A DNA stretch of 57,016 nt from a virus (Duplodnaviria; Caudoviricetes), in the IMG/VR virus record IMGVR_UViG_3300033076_000232, positions 1 to 57,016 of that record. One strand, written 5' to 3'. The translations under genes were made by a program, and so were the position numbers. Position 1 is the first letter of the stretch. Every line of letters begins with the position of its first letter. The notes under the pieces were generated by a model. That model saw only the letters and a program-made list of their open reading frames with translations. It was not told the origin of the DNA and made no database searches. Of the stretch, positions 1 through 9,414 are shown in pieces.

Positions 1-958
1 CCTGAAGCCGCCATTAGAAGGTTCCTCCGAAGATGCCAGTAGTGGCAGTCACAGTCGTAAATTTACCAGTTGATGCTGTTGTAGCGCCAATTGATGTTCC
101 GTCAATTGTCCCGCCCGTAATAGCTACAGCACTAGCATTTTGTGTTGAGATTGTTCCCAAACCAGTGATCGCTGTGTTTGGAATTGTTGTGGAAGCAGTA
201 ACAGCGCTTGTGCCGTTGCCAAACAAGTAACCAGACAAAGATGTAGCACCTGTACCGCCATTAGCAACTGGAAGAGCCGTGCCAGAATATGTGACAGCCA
301 ACGTACCGCTAGTTGTGATGGGGTTGCCAGAAACTGACAGGAACGATGGAACGCTCATGTCCACGCTTGTCACAGTACCGCCAGCAGAAGGAGTAGCGGA
401 GATTGTGATGCCACCAGCCGTGTTAGAGATGCTGACGTTCGTTCCTGCGGTCAGGTTAGCCAAGGTATAGCCAGAGCCGTTACCAATAGCCAACTGGCCG
501 TTGCTTGGCGTAGCTGTTAATCCTGTTCCACCATAACCGATGCCAATTGTTGAGCCATTCCATGTACCAGCGGTCAGCGTACCGACACCAGTAATGCCAG
601 TGTAAGAACCGCTTAAACGACCTGTAGGAAGCGTTCCTGAGCTGATGTTGGATGCATTGGTAGTGTCAGTCGTTGCAGAAGCCGCCAAGCCCGATACAGC
701 GCCAGCAGAGATGGCAATCGAGGTATTGGTGACTGAAGTCAACTGACCCTGAGCATTCACCGCAAGAACTGGAACCTGTGAGGCAGAGCCATAGGTTGCC
801 GCAGTCACGCCAGTGTTTGCGATGTTAAATGTATAGGATGGCGACTCATTCAGACCTGTGCCAGCGGTATAGGTCAGAGGCGCGCCAAACTGCACCCAAA
901 CAATAGCTGTGGTGCCAACAGTAATTGGCAATGCTGTCTGCTGAACCCAAGAAGTATT
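1..958. repeat. Terminal direct repeat, copy 1 (diverged copy of 56059-57016)
   Basis: Starts cctgaagccgccattagaagg and ends gaacccaagaagtatt like 56059-57016; the first ~76 and last ~77 bp are identical and the middle has many substitutions. Confidence 0.95.
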
Positions 959-2431
959 GGCATAAGCAGTGCCTGCCAAGATTAAAACAAAGTCGCCTTG
1001 ATCAATTTCGTTGGTTCCAGTACCGCTTGTGTCGTAGTCAGTCGCACGGGTTAGGATAAATGGTGTGCCAGCAGAGCCTGTAGCTGTAACAACATAAATA
1101 CCGTTTTGTGAACCACTGGCTTGATTTTTGACCAAGATGCGATCATTAGTTGCTACTGCAACGCCATCGACAGACAAAGCTCCATTTGCTGTAGCAGTCA
1201 GCGTAGCGCCTACACCTGAAGTGCCATTGTTGTAGGTGCAAGATGGCAAAGCCGTGGCTGTTGCCAAATTACAAGCGGCATGAAAGTTAATGCCTGAAGC
1301 AATCGAGTCAGCGTATTCTTTGTTGACAATGTCTGTGTTGGCAGAAGGCGCTGTGGTGATCGTGCCTGTAGTCATCGCCACACTGGTAAACGTACCAGCC
1401 GCGGCAGTACCTGAGCCAATTGTGGTGCTGTTGATGGTGCTACCAGTGATCGTCGCACTGGCAATAGTTCCACCAGTGATCGCAACTGCACTGGCATTTT
1501 GCGTGGACATTGTGCCCAAGCCAGTAATGTCAGTGTTAGGAATTGTCGTGCTGGCAGTCATGGCAGATGTGCCAGAACCCTTGACATAACCAGTCAATGT
1601 AATAGCGCCTGTGCCGCCATTTGCAACATTCAGTGTGCCACCCAAAGTAACAACACCAGCGGTAGGAGATGCAGGCGTCAATCCTGTAGATCCACCACTG
1701 AATGTGGACACGCCACCAGCAGTTGAGAATGTGCTCCACCCGCTTCCAACGTAACCTTCAAAAACTTGAGTGTCTTCGTTGTAGCGGATCTGACCTTCAG
1801 TACCTACAGGCTGTTGTGCGGTTGTACCTTTTGGCAAAGTAACCGCCCCTGTGCCGGGCAACACTGGGTCGCTTTCAATTGAAATGGTTGGATTACCAGA
1901 GCCATTTCCATTGGCCACAGCAATTTGGTTTGTTGTGCCAACAATCTGGCGGCCAGCAACAGTTGCACCACCAACAACCGCCATCATTCCAGTGCCACTC
2001 AAATTGGCAACAGCCGCGGCAATATCAGTCAACTGAAGCGTTGGGTTGCCACCAGTACCATCGCCATTGGAAACGCTCAAACCAGCGCCTGAAGTGGCAA
2101 TAGAACGATTAATCAACGTGCTACTGCTGTCCTTGACAACAATACCGCCGCCCAAGGGATTCAGGTCAGCAACAGCGCCGGTTAGATTGATGCGATAGAA
2201 AGATGTAGCACCGCCATCGGTTAAATTCAAACCAGTGTTTGTAGATAAGTAGCGACTGTTTGGAAGTGTTAGTTCTTGGTTCTTTGTCAGGAACGTTTGC
2301 GTCTGACTTGGCGATGCTGCAATAGCGCCCGTTGTTGTCTGAACCGTGACGCCATTTTGAACAATAGGCACCAACTCGGTGCCTGTAATGCTACCTGCTG
2401 CTGGCAGTTGCGTGATCTGTATATTGGCCAT
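14..2431 (-). CDS. Tail fibre / virion fibre protein (805 aa, G/T/S/A-rich)
   Basis: N-terminal MANIQITQLP anchor, GQIRYN..FEGY module, LVKNQ...QNGIYVV module, repeated VANGGTG / GLGTMSTQNA modules, C-terminal GGTF. Confidence 0.8.
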   Translation of the reverse strand: MANIQITQLPAAGSITGTELVPIVQNGVTVQTTTGAIAASPSQTQTFLTKNQELTLPNSRYLSTNTGLNLTDGGATSFYRINLTGAVADLNPLGGGIVVKDSSSTLINRSIATSGAGLSVSNGDGTGGNPTLQLTDIAAAVANLSGTGMMAVVGGATVAGRQIVGTTNQIAVANGNGSGNPTISIESDPVLPGTGAVTLPKGTTAQQPVGTEGQIRYNEDTQVFEGYVGSGWSTFSTAGGVSTFSGGSTGLTPASPTAGVVTLGGTLNVANGGTGAITLTGYVKGSGTSAMTASTTIPNTDITGLGTMSTQNASAVAITGGTIASATITGSTINSTTIGSGTAAAGTFTSVAMTTGTITTAPSANTDIVNKEYADSIASGINFHAACNLATATALPSCTYNNGTSGVGATLTATANGALSVDGVAVATNDRILVKNQASGSQNGIYVVTATGSAGTPFILTRATDYDTSGTGTNEIDQGDFVLILAGTAYANTSWVQQTALPITVGTTAIVWVQFGAPLTYTAGTGLNESPSYTFNIANTGVTAATYGSASQVPVLAVNAQGQLTSVTNTSIAISAGAVSGLAASATTDTTNASNISSGTLPTGRLSGSYTGITGVGTLTAGTWNGSTIGIGYGGTGLTATPSNGQLAIGNGSGYTLANLTAGTNVSISNTAGGITISATPSAGGTVTSVDMSVPSFLSVSGNPITTSGTLAVTYSGTALPVANGGTGATSLSGYLFGNGTSAVTASTTIPNTAITGLGTISTQNASAVAITGGTIDGTSIGATTASTGKFTTVTATTGIFGGTF

Positions 2432-2432
2432 A

Positions 2433-2768
2433 TTACGGACTCAGGTTATCGAGGTTGCCATTATTCTCTGGATCATCAACATTTTGCTCCGGAGAGATAT
2501 TGTACGTATTATAAGGTCCGGTGATCAACGAATCCTGCGTTGCAGCCACACTGACATCGGGCCTAGGGAATCTAAGCGCAATCTTTTCAGGTTGCCGTGC
2601 TGGTAAACGGTATGGGTCAAACTGGTCTCTACACCCATGATCACAGACTTTTAAGCCCGGGAAGTTAGGGTCAGGTCCCAATTCGACGTACGCTCTCTTC
2701 ATGTGACAACGGTCACAAATTGCAATGCTTAGAACAGCGTTGCCAAGAGTGTCAAGCGTACGTGGCAT
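2433..2768 (-). CDS. Conserved phage protein with putative Zn-binding CxxC motifs
   Basis: ICDRC...VCDHGC.DQFDP; tightly packed in the structural operon. Confidence 0.7.
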   Translation of the reverse strand: MPRTLDTLGNAVLSIAICDRCHMKRAYVELGPDPNFPGLKVCDHGCRDQFDPYRLPARQPEKIALRFPRPDVSVAATQDSLITGPYNTYNISPEQNVDDPENNGNLDNLSP

Positions 2769-2770
2769 AC

Positions 2771-3829
2771 TTACCTTGTATAGTAACTAATATTCGGGGC
2801 CCAGTAAATAGGAGACTTGTCTCTTTCTTCCTGCTCCGCAATATTCCAATACTTTTCAGCTTGTTGTTCAAGATACTGAATACGCTCGCCCGGTACCGTA
2901 GGCAGTTCCATAGCCATCTGGTGCGCAAGCATGTTCTGAACAGCAAGATACCATCGCTGAGGGATTTCGATCTCACCTGATAAGTCACCTACATCCTCGA
3001 TCTGGCGATGTCTCCAGACCACGAGTTGTGGCGCGAATGATGAAGGCGCAGGCCACAAGTACATTGCAGGCTGGGGAATGTTACGGTCAAACCAAAATTG
3101 CAGCGGGTAAAGGCTTGTGAAGTTCTTATTGGGCAAGTTTGTGTAGTCATCACGATTCAAACGAGCCAAAGGAATTTCATTAGCATTTGAGCCAAAAACT
3201 ACTTGGTAGACACCCATATTGGCGCCTGCTGTCTGCAAGATTCTCCAATACGGCGTGCTTGCAGAAGGCTCCAAGTCATAGTAAAGCCACGTATTTGCAG
3301 TCCAAGTGACTGCTCCTGGGCTATAAACCGTTGTCCAGTTGGTATTATCAGTAGAAGACTGAATTGAGATGGTCACTGAGCCGGATATAGCAGGTAGGAT
3401 ACCCACGGTGCCCATGTAGATGTCATTTCCAGTCCCATTATTGATGCCAATGTAACCAGAATTGTTGGTTAATTGACAAATATTGGTATATTGACCATCA
3501 AAAGCATTGGCTGCATTGCCAGAAGAGCTATACGCGCCAGTATTGTTAGCCGTAACTGTTCTGTAGTTGGAGTTTAGCACGTCTACTGTGCCAACTGGCA
3601 AGTAGTACACGTACTTATCTGGGTTAAGACCAATCACAGTCTTATCGATGCACCAATATTGAATGCCGCGATTGGCAAGATTAGACAGAACGTAATATAG
3701 GCTATCCTTAGCTGAGGATACTTGTTCTACCGTTAACTCTTCAGCCAGCTTTCCGGCGCGACGAGCACCGTGGTCAATCAGATTTTGAACCGTGATTACC
3801 GTTTGGCCAACTGTTCCACTAGTGCTCAT
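2771..3829 (-). CDS. Head-tail connector/adaptor-type virion protein with an inserted discoidin-like domain
   Basis: LSNLANRGIQYW and YLWPAP adaptor-like motifs; NAFDG...PYWRI insert; position downstream of capsid genes. Confidence 0.6.
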   Translation of the reverse strand: MSTSGTVGQTVITVQNLIDHGARRAGKLAEELTVEQVSSAKDSLYYVLSNLANRGIQYWCIDKTVIGLNPDKYVYYLPVGTVDVLNSNYRTVTANNTGAYSSSGNAANAFDGQYTNICQLTNNSGYIGINNGTGNDIYMGTVGILPAISGSVTISIQSSTDNTNWTTVYSPGAVTWTANTWLYYDLEPSASTPYWRILQTAGANMGVYQVVFGSNANEIPLARLNRDDYTNLPNKNFTSLYPLQFWFDRNIPQPAMYLWPAPSSFAPQLVVWRHRQIEDVGDLSGEIEIPQRWYLAVQNMLAHQMAMELPTVPGERIQYLEQQAEKYWNIAEQEERDKSPIYWAPNISYYTR

Positions 3830-3832
3830 ACA

Positions 3833-4240
3833 TTACCACCCAGGACAATTCCAACGTTTAAGACTAGCGGCTTTACGAGTAAGCTCGCCTTTTTCATCGC
3901 GCTTAGGCCCGGGCATTCCAGACATTCTAGCGCAAAACGACGCTTTTCTTCCAGCATCAGCTTTTGTTTTTGGGTGCGGCGCAGGTGCTTTAAGATTCGA
4001 ACCGGTTGCGCGGTTGATCTTATCACGGCCTTTTTGAGTTAGTCCAGCCCCACGACTTGTAGGTAGTTTCTCACCACGAGAAACAGACAGTCTAGGCTCG
4101 CCGCCATCTTTCATCTTTTGCGCGCCCCGTTTTACCGAGTATGCAATGGCAACAGCCTGTTTAACAGGCTTGCCAGCTTTCACCTCAGTTGAGATGTTTT
4201 TCTTAAAAGCCTTGTCTGATTTGCTTTTAATTAAAGGCAT
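3833..4240 (-). CDS. Basic hypothetical phage protein (RKASFCARM...RWNC type)
   Basis: KQAVAIAYS and SFCARM motifs, typical of small basic head-region proteins. Confidence 0.75.
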   Translation of the reverse strand: MPLIKSKSDKAFKKNISTEVKAGKPVKQAVAIAYSVKRGAQKMKDGGEPRLSVSRGEKLPTSRGAGLTQKGRDKINRATGSNLKAPAPHPKTKADAGRKASFCARMSGMPGPKRDEKGELTRKAASLKRWNCPGW

Positions 4241-4242
4241 GA

Positions 4243-4524
4243 TTAGCCGCAGAAAATTGAAACAGCCGCACCAGTGGGCAATGTTACGTGAATGTCTGTA
4301 TCGAATCGAATACCATTGCCGGGCAACAGCGTCGCAATAACAGCAGTATTAGTTGTGATGTTTACGCGCAAACGCACAGTTCCTGAAGCGCCACCGTCAC
4401 GAAAAACAATCTCACCCGCAGTACCGCCTGAAGCCAACTGATAGCCACCAATGTTTGTTGCGCCAGCGTAAATTGTGCCTGTTGCATCAGCATGCGCGTT
4501 AAATACATTCGTTAAAGTGCTCAT
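4243..4524 (-). CDS. Small putative virion protein
   Basis: 93-aa beta-rich ORF with an AAGGA RBS in the structural operon. Confidence 0.7.
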   Translation of the reverse strand: MSTLTNVFNAHADATGTIYAGATNIGGYQLASGGTAGEIVFRDGGASGTVRLRVNITTNTAVIATLLPGNGIRFDTDIHVTLPTGAAVSIFCG

Positions 4525-4535
4525 ATAAAATCCTT

Positions 4536-4557
4536 AAAAGGAAGGGGCCGAAGCCCC
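4536..4557 (-). terminator. Rho-independent terminator
   Basis: Minus strand GGGGC-TTCG-GCCCC followed by TTCCTTTT. Confidence 0.75.
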
Positions 4558-4565
4558 GACCTTGA

Positions 4566-5018
4566 TTAGTAGCAAGAGCCGCCTGAAGCTTTTCCACCAC
4601 GCTTGTACTTCTGAATTACACCGCCGGTAGCGTATTTTTCAATAACACCGCCAGTTTTCAGACCTTTATGCGCTTTGGAAGCAGGCTTATCAGCATGAGC
4701 TGAAATATCCTTTTTGATGCCCTTGATAGCTGACATCTCAGCTTTGTGCATCTTAGGAGACTCAACTTCACCGCCCTTTTTACGCGCCATAGGCATTGGG
4801 CCGGTTTCCATACGAGTGGGGATGCCACCCATACCGATACCGCGCTTAGGCATGGCAGGAGCCATACCGCGACGAGCTGCCATAGGAACACCACGTGCAG
4901 ATGCGCTTTCAGGGATAATACCCCCTTTAGCTTTCTTCACTGTGCCGCCCTTTTTAAGCTTCAGTTCAACTGAAGGCTCAGTGGTTTGCATCTTAGGCAT
5001 AGGTTTGAACTGTCCCAT
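4566..5018 (-). CDS. Basic protein with six xxxGG repeats
   Basis: ATG at 5018 after an AAGGAG RBS; LKKGG, KAKGG, RKKGG, LKTGG, YATGG, YKRGG. Confidence 0.75.
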   Translation of the reverse strand: MGQFKPMPKMQTTEPSVELKLKKGGTVKKAKGGIIPESASARGVPMAARRGMAPAMPKRGIGMGGIPTRMETGPMPMARKKGGEVESPKMHKAEMSAIKGIKKDISAHADKPASKAHKGLKTGGVIEKYATGGVIQKYKRGGKASGGSCY

Positions 5019-5028
5019 GATGCTCTCC

Positions 5029-5418
5029 TTAAGCAAAAGCTTTGTAAACGATTGTCACACGGCCAGCGCCAGCTGTTGGTGCAGTGCTTGTGTATGCATA
5101 GGTCAATGTGGCGTAATTTACGTCAGTGTTGCCTACGTCAGCCCAAGCGCTGTACACACCAGTTGTAGCAACTGAAGCACGACCAGCAGTCGCTACGCTT
5201 GTCGATGTGACATACGCGGCGGCAGAACCAGTTTTGCCAACAGTCACCAAGTCAGTACCACCTGCGTCAAACGCTGTTGTCACATCAATGTTGATGTCAA
5301 CGATTTGTGCGTTAGCAGGAATAGTACCAATAGTCACAGTGGTGCTTGTGTAATCAAACGCAACGGTAATTGCGGACAGTTGACCTGCCGAATTAGTTAC
5401 TGCATTGTTGTATGCCAT
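5029..5418 (-). CDS. Putative capsid decoration / minor capsid protein
   Basis: IPANAQI..I..DVTTAF motif; immediately follows the major capsid gene; AAGGAG RBS. Confidence 0.6.
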   Translation of the reverse strand: MAYNNAVTNSAGQLSAITVAFDYTSTTVTIGTIPANAQIVDINIDVTTAFDAGGTDLVTVGKTGSAAAYVTSTSVATAGRASVATTGVYSAWADVGNTDVNYATLTYAYTSTAPTAGAGRVTIVYKAFA

Positions 5419-5432
5419 TGTCTTTTCTCCTT

Positions 5433-5457
5433 AAAACGTAGGGGCCGTAGCCCCCAC
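5433..5457 (-). terminator. Rho-independent terminator after the major capsid gene
   Basis: Minus strand GTGGGGGC-TACG-GCCCCTAC-GTTTT (UNCG tetraloop). Confidence 0.7.
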
Positions 5458-5463
5458 TTGGGT

Positions 5464-6378
5464 TTAGACGCCGGGTGTACCGAACATTGCGCGCCAGTCA
5501 GTCCAACCAATGTCATAACGCTCAGTGGCCTTATAACGCATTGAGTCGGTCTCAAAGTCGCCTTCCATGGTCTTTTCCAAGCCACGGCGCATCATCAACT
5601 TCATGCCTTCGGGGGCATCAGTCTGAACCCACCATGCTGTGGCGGAAGTCAAACGAGAGATGACAGAAGCACCTTCGGGCATCAAACCAATAGATTTAAT
5701 TGGGTTGATGTCGTTGTTGGCTGTACCAGCACGAAGAACGCTCTTCAACAGCACTTCAGCTTGGAACACGTTGCCAGGAGCAACAACCAACTTCAGAGGT
5801 TGCAAGCGAATTTTCTTGCCGTTGTTGTCAACTGCTTGACGAACTTGGATCAACATTTGTTCCAAGGAAGTCTGGCTCAAGTTAGCAGCAGTGTTCAGCA
5901 AGTTGCTTGCTGTACCGCTAACCAAGGGGTGAGCAGAAGAGTTCAACTGAACGCCATCGCCGCCAGCATATGCTGAGTTGAACGCTTGGTTTAACACATT
6001 GGCTGCCAATGTCTCTTTGGTTTCCACCAAAGATTGGGCCAAATGCTTAGCGTAAACTTGACCGATACGGATGTGGTCGCCGTCTTCAACCAAAACCTTG
6101 GTCAATGCGAAGGCCAAGCCATACACATTGTACAGGTAACGCTTGAGGAACAGCACGCCACCTTGTTGGTAAGCAACAGGGCTGCCGTCAGGCAACTGAG
6201 GTGCTGCACCAAAGCCGTACAAGACAGGCTCTTCGTGGTAGTTACGTGGAATACCTTGTTGTTCACGGAAGACCGTGGACCATTCGTCCGAACGTTGATC
6301 GTAGACACCGTCGAAGCATTCATTCAGAATGGGTTCGACAATGCTACGAAAGTCGGTACTGCGCATTGGAGCTGCCAT
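5464..6378 (-). CDS. Major capsid protein (Mu gpT-like HK97 fold)
   Basis: 304 aa; GGDGVQL.SSAHP, P.KLVV.P, EGDFETDSMRYKATERY motifs; strong GGAGGGAG RBS; followed by a terminator. Confidence 0.88.
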   Translation of the reverse strand: MAAPMRSTDFRSIVEPILNECFDGVYDQRSDEWSTVFREQQGIPRNYHEEPVLYGFGAAPQLPDGSPVAYQQGGVLFLKRYLYNVYGLAFALTKVLVEDGDHIRIGQVYAKHLAQSLVETKETLAANVLNQAFNSAYAGGDGVQLNSSAHPLVSGTASNLLNTAANLSQTSLEQMLIQVRQAVDNNGKKIRLQPLKLVVAPGNVFQAEVLLKSVLRAGTANNDINPIKSIGLMPEGASVISRLTSATAWWVQTDAPEGMKLMMRRGLEKTMEGDFETDSMRYKATERYDIGWTDWRAMFGTPGV

Positions 6379-6392
6379 GGTTCACTCCCTCC

Positions 6393-6965
6393 TTAAACGG
6401 CGTTAACGGACGCATTGAACTGCGACTCGTTGATGGTTACGCGAACAATTGTGTACGCATCGCCCCAAGCATTGTCGGGGTACGGAGCCAAGTCACGGAT
6501 CAACATCTGGGCGCTGTTGCCGGCGCCAACCAATGTGGTTGACAATGTGCAAGCAGACAAACCAGTTGTGGCGGAACCAGCAGTGGTGTTGCTCAGATCA
6601 GCCATGTCGCCCACGGCAGCTTGAGTCAATGAACCATCAGCTTGGATCTCATACACAATGTTGGGATCGTTGTAGTAGTAAGCAACGCATGTGCCAGCTT
6701 GGTATGCTGTGTTAGCAGGCCAGTAGTTGGACACACGAGCACGACCAGTAGTGTCAGTCCACTGAACGCCGTCAAAGGCGCCTTGGAATGCATCACCGGC
6801 AGCAGCGACTACGATTGTACCTGCGGTAGCCAACTTTACGGGTTGACCTTTCAGGATGTTGCTGGCATAGCCAGAAGCGATACCGCCAGCCAATGTCACA
6901 GCACGATCAAGCCCGGAGGGGTGATATGCAGGACGAAGACCGAACGGCGCAGAAGTTGAGCTCAT
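6393..6965 (-). CDS. Capsid cement/decoration-type protein
   Basis: APFGLRP...DPNIVYEIQAD motifs; directly upstream of the major capsid gene. Confidence 0.65.
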   Translation of the reverse strand: MSSTSAPFGLRPAYHPSGLDRAVTLAGGIASGYASNILKGQPVKLATAGTIVVAAAGDAFQGAFDGVQWTDTTGRARVSNYWPANTAYQAGTCVAYYYNDPNIVYEIQADGSLTQAAVGDMADLSNTTAGSATTGLSACTLSTTLVGAGNSAQMLIRDLAPYPDNAWGDAYTIVRVTINESQFNASVNAV

Positions 6966-7006
6966 AATTGAGTCCTTTCAAAATTGAAATGTGACGCCAT
7001 CATGCT

Positions 7007-7543
7007 TTATTCAAAAACAGGACGACGTGCGACTTTTGCATCGAAATCCAAGCCGCCACCTTCAATTGAAACCAATGTTCGACCATTGCTATCACGCTCA
7101 CCCAGCAATTGTTCTTGCTGAACCTTAATCTTTTCCTGCTCCTCCATGGGAGCGCGGTGATGCAGTTCATACATGAGTTCTTGATAAATGTCCATAGGCA
7201 ATTTATACAAGAGCATCTCGTTGCAAGCAACAAAACCTGTGTGTTCGCCAGCCTTCACTTTTAAATGCTCAAAGCCGGGTAATTCCTCGGCTTTCACTGG
7301 TTCGTAGCCCAGTCGCATACGCTTGTGAATTGGATCATATTGGTTAGTAGAAGATAACCAGCACAGATGGAATCCCGGAATTTCGGGAGGGGTCGGAAGC
7401 GCCTCTTGCAGCCACTCCGAGCGGAACATCCTACGACGCTCCTCGGAAGAAACAAAGTTTTCTTCAGGTGCAGTACGTGATGCATCTTGCAATGCACGAC
7501 TCTCACGGCCTGCTGTGGTATTCTTTTTAATACGATCGTCCAT
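7007..7543 (-). CDS. Conserved hypothetical head-region protein
   Basis: LPTPP.IPGFHLCW...RLGYEPV motif; lies between scaffold and capsid genes. Confidence 0.7.
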   Translation of the reverse strand: MDDRIKKNTTAGRESRALQDASRTAPEENFVSSEERRRMFRSEWLQEALPTPPEIPGFHLCWLSSTNQYDPIHKRMRLGYEPVKAEELPGFEHLKVKAGEHTGFVACNEMLLYKLPMDIYQELMYELHHRAPMEEQEKIKVQQEQLLGERDSNGRTLVSIEGGGLDFDAKVARRPVFE

Positions 7544-7545
7544 GA

Positions 7546-8538
7546 TTATTTCCGTTTCTGTTGTTTGTCATACTCTGCGAACTTGCGAATCATTTTGTTT
7601 CGCTGTTCAATGTTGTCCCACATGCCGGCCTCTTTAATGGCGGCAACGCGCTTAGGATCAACGATGTATTCGTTGGCCCTTGTCGTCGCAGTGGTATCAC
7701 GTCCTGAACTTGTCACAACAGATCTCGGTCTCTGGTTTCTCGTACCATTACTATACCCCGAATTATATCGGTGTGGTAAATATTTTTGCAATCTGTCGTC
7801 GAGCTCTTCCCAATAGTCGGGAAGTGCTGGGTCGTAGCCTTCTTCGGTCAACGCCACGTCAATGGTCTGGGCAATCTTAGAATCTGCATCCTTCAATTGC
7901 GGGTCATACCATTTATTCTTATCGATCCACTCCGCGGCCATGCGCTGGACCATCGGATCTGGAGCTTTAATGTTCTGCGATGTTTGCGTGAGTTGCTTGT
8001 TAGCATTTTCACGTAAAGCCTGCAATGACTCCAACTGGCGCTGGCTTTCATACCAAAGTTGCTGTGCTTTGGTAACTTCCTCACCATTTCGAGCATTGAC
8101 AGCCTCTTGCAACTTCATCTTAGCGTACTCAAGCCTTGTGCCCGCGTCGTCAATGGCCTTATCAACCCTTGCCAACTCGGCACCGGAGGTACGTTTCTCC
8201 AAAAGTGCAACGCGCTCCGCCATTTGTGAGTTTTGCTTACGCAAAGCTGTGATCAAATGGTTAGATTCACGTGCTTTTTCACGATGAAGTTGCTTTTTGA
8301 GCTTGCGCTCCTCGCGTCGAGCGGCCCTAATGGCCTCTCTATCCGGATCGTCTGTGGTAGAACCTTCACCATTGTCGTCTCCGGGTCCCTCAGCATCATC
8401 TAGTGCACCAGATGCGCCATCTTCGTCATCATCTTGGTCATCAGACTGGGGATTTTCCATGCCAGAAGGCAGTTTTACAATCGCGGAGCCATCTTGTGAC
8501 TCTTCGATCTGCATTTCCAACTTTTCAGTTGCATTCAT
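7546..8538 (-). CDS. Putative capsid scaffolding protein
   Basis: Acidic N-terminus, long coiled coil, W..KNKWY motif; ATG at 8538 after TTGAAAGG. Confidence 0.65.
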   Translation of the reverse strand: MNATEKLEMQIEESQDGSAIVKLPSGMENPQSDDQDDDEDGASGALDDAEGPGDDNGEGSTTDDPDREAIRAARREERKLKKQLHREKARESNHLITALRKQNSQMAERVALLEKRTSGAELARVDKAIDDAGTRLEYAKMKLQEAVNARNGEEVTKAQQLWYESQRQLESLQALRENANKQLTQTSQNIKAPDPMVQRMAAEWIDKNKWYDPQLKDADSKIAQTIDVALTEEGYDPALPDYWEELDDRLQKYLPHRYNSGYSNGTRNQRPRSVVTSSGRDTTATTRANEYIVDPKRVAAIKEAGMWDNIEQRNKMIRKFAEYDKQQKRK

Positions 8539-8556
8539 TTCACGTCCTTTCAAAGC

Positions 8557-8979
8557 TTAAATGAAAGCTTTAATCTTAAGTGGGTCACCAGTTACACGAC
8601 CAATGAGCTCATGGTCATTGAAGAAGGTAAATAGAGCTTTTCCGGTGCTACCGTTCTGCTCGTAGTCAACTTCCCAGCGATCACCGCCCCATTTTGGTAC
8701 GCGAACAAAGTCCCCGACCTTTGCCCAAGCGCCTTCAGGCCAAGATTCCATAGAATCTCGTTTCTTAAACGCCAATGGGCCAATTGCAATGACCTTACCG
8801 ATCATTGTGTTCCACTTCTCGGTTTCTTTGGTCTCTTCGACCAACACAATACCGGATGCTGTGGCTTTTTCTTTAACGGCGCGGAGCTGAATGAGCACTC
8901 GTGCCCCTACAGGTTCCATCAACGCGTCAACGATAGGAAACGCTTCTTCAAGCGTCTGTTCTACAATGTCATTCGACAT
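8557..8979 (-). CDS. groES: GroES-like co-chaperonin
   Basis: PVGARVLI, TASGIVL, GKVIAIGP and KVGDFV motifs of Cpn10. Confidence 0.85.
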   Translation of the reverse strand: MSNDIVEQTLEEAFPIVDALMEPVGARVLIQLRAVKEKATASGIVLVEETKETEKWNTMIGKVIAIGPLAFKKRDSMESWPEGAWAKVGDFVRVPKWGGDRWEVDYEQNGSTGKALFTFFNDHELIGRVTGDPLKIKAFI

Positions 8980-9154
8980 TCTTTTCCTCTTCTAAAAGTT
9001 GGTTAATGATAAGCAAGGCTTCCTCCAAGCCTTGGTGCTGGCCGACTAAGCGCTGGTAGGCTTCGAATGTGACTGCGTTTCCTTCAACTAAAGATTCAGC
9101 AATTCGCTCTTGCCTTTGCTTAACTCGACCAATGAAATCTGCAAGTAGTGCCAT
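8969..9154 (-). CDS. Hypothetical protein (61 aa)
   Basis: YQRLVG..QGL motif; overlaps the groES start. Confidence 0.7.
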   Translation of the reverse strand: MALLADFIGRVKQRQERIAESLVEGNAVTFEAYQRLVGQHQGLEEALLIINQLLEEEKNVE

Positions 9155-9159
9155 TAGGA

Positions 9160-9414
9160 TTAACGGCCGCGACCTGCAGATTTCTTCACGGGTTTAGCAG
9201 AACCGCCACGTTTCATGGTTGCGATTTTGCCAGTAGGCTTAGGCAAGGGTGGGGGCGCAGAGCCGCGTGCAGGCAAATTAGCTACACGAGACTCAGGCAT
9301 CACACTGCCGCCTGATTTGTATTTTTGAATAACACTCTTGCCCTTGGCTGTGGCTGCGGATTCACCTGCCCCCATTGCCAAGCGTTTATGCAAGTTAATT
9401 CCTTCATCAGCCAT
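9160..9414 (-). CDS. Basic hypothetical protein with xxxGG motifs
   Basis: YKSGG and MKRGG; GGAG RBS; start overlaps the portal stop. Confidence 0.7.
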   Translation of the reverse strand: MADEGINLHKRLAMGAGESAATAKGKSVIQKYKSGGSVMPESRVANLPARGSAPPPLPKPTGKIATMKRGGSAKPVKKSAGRGR

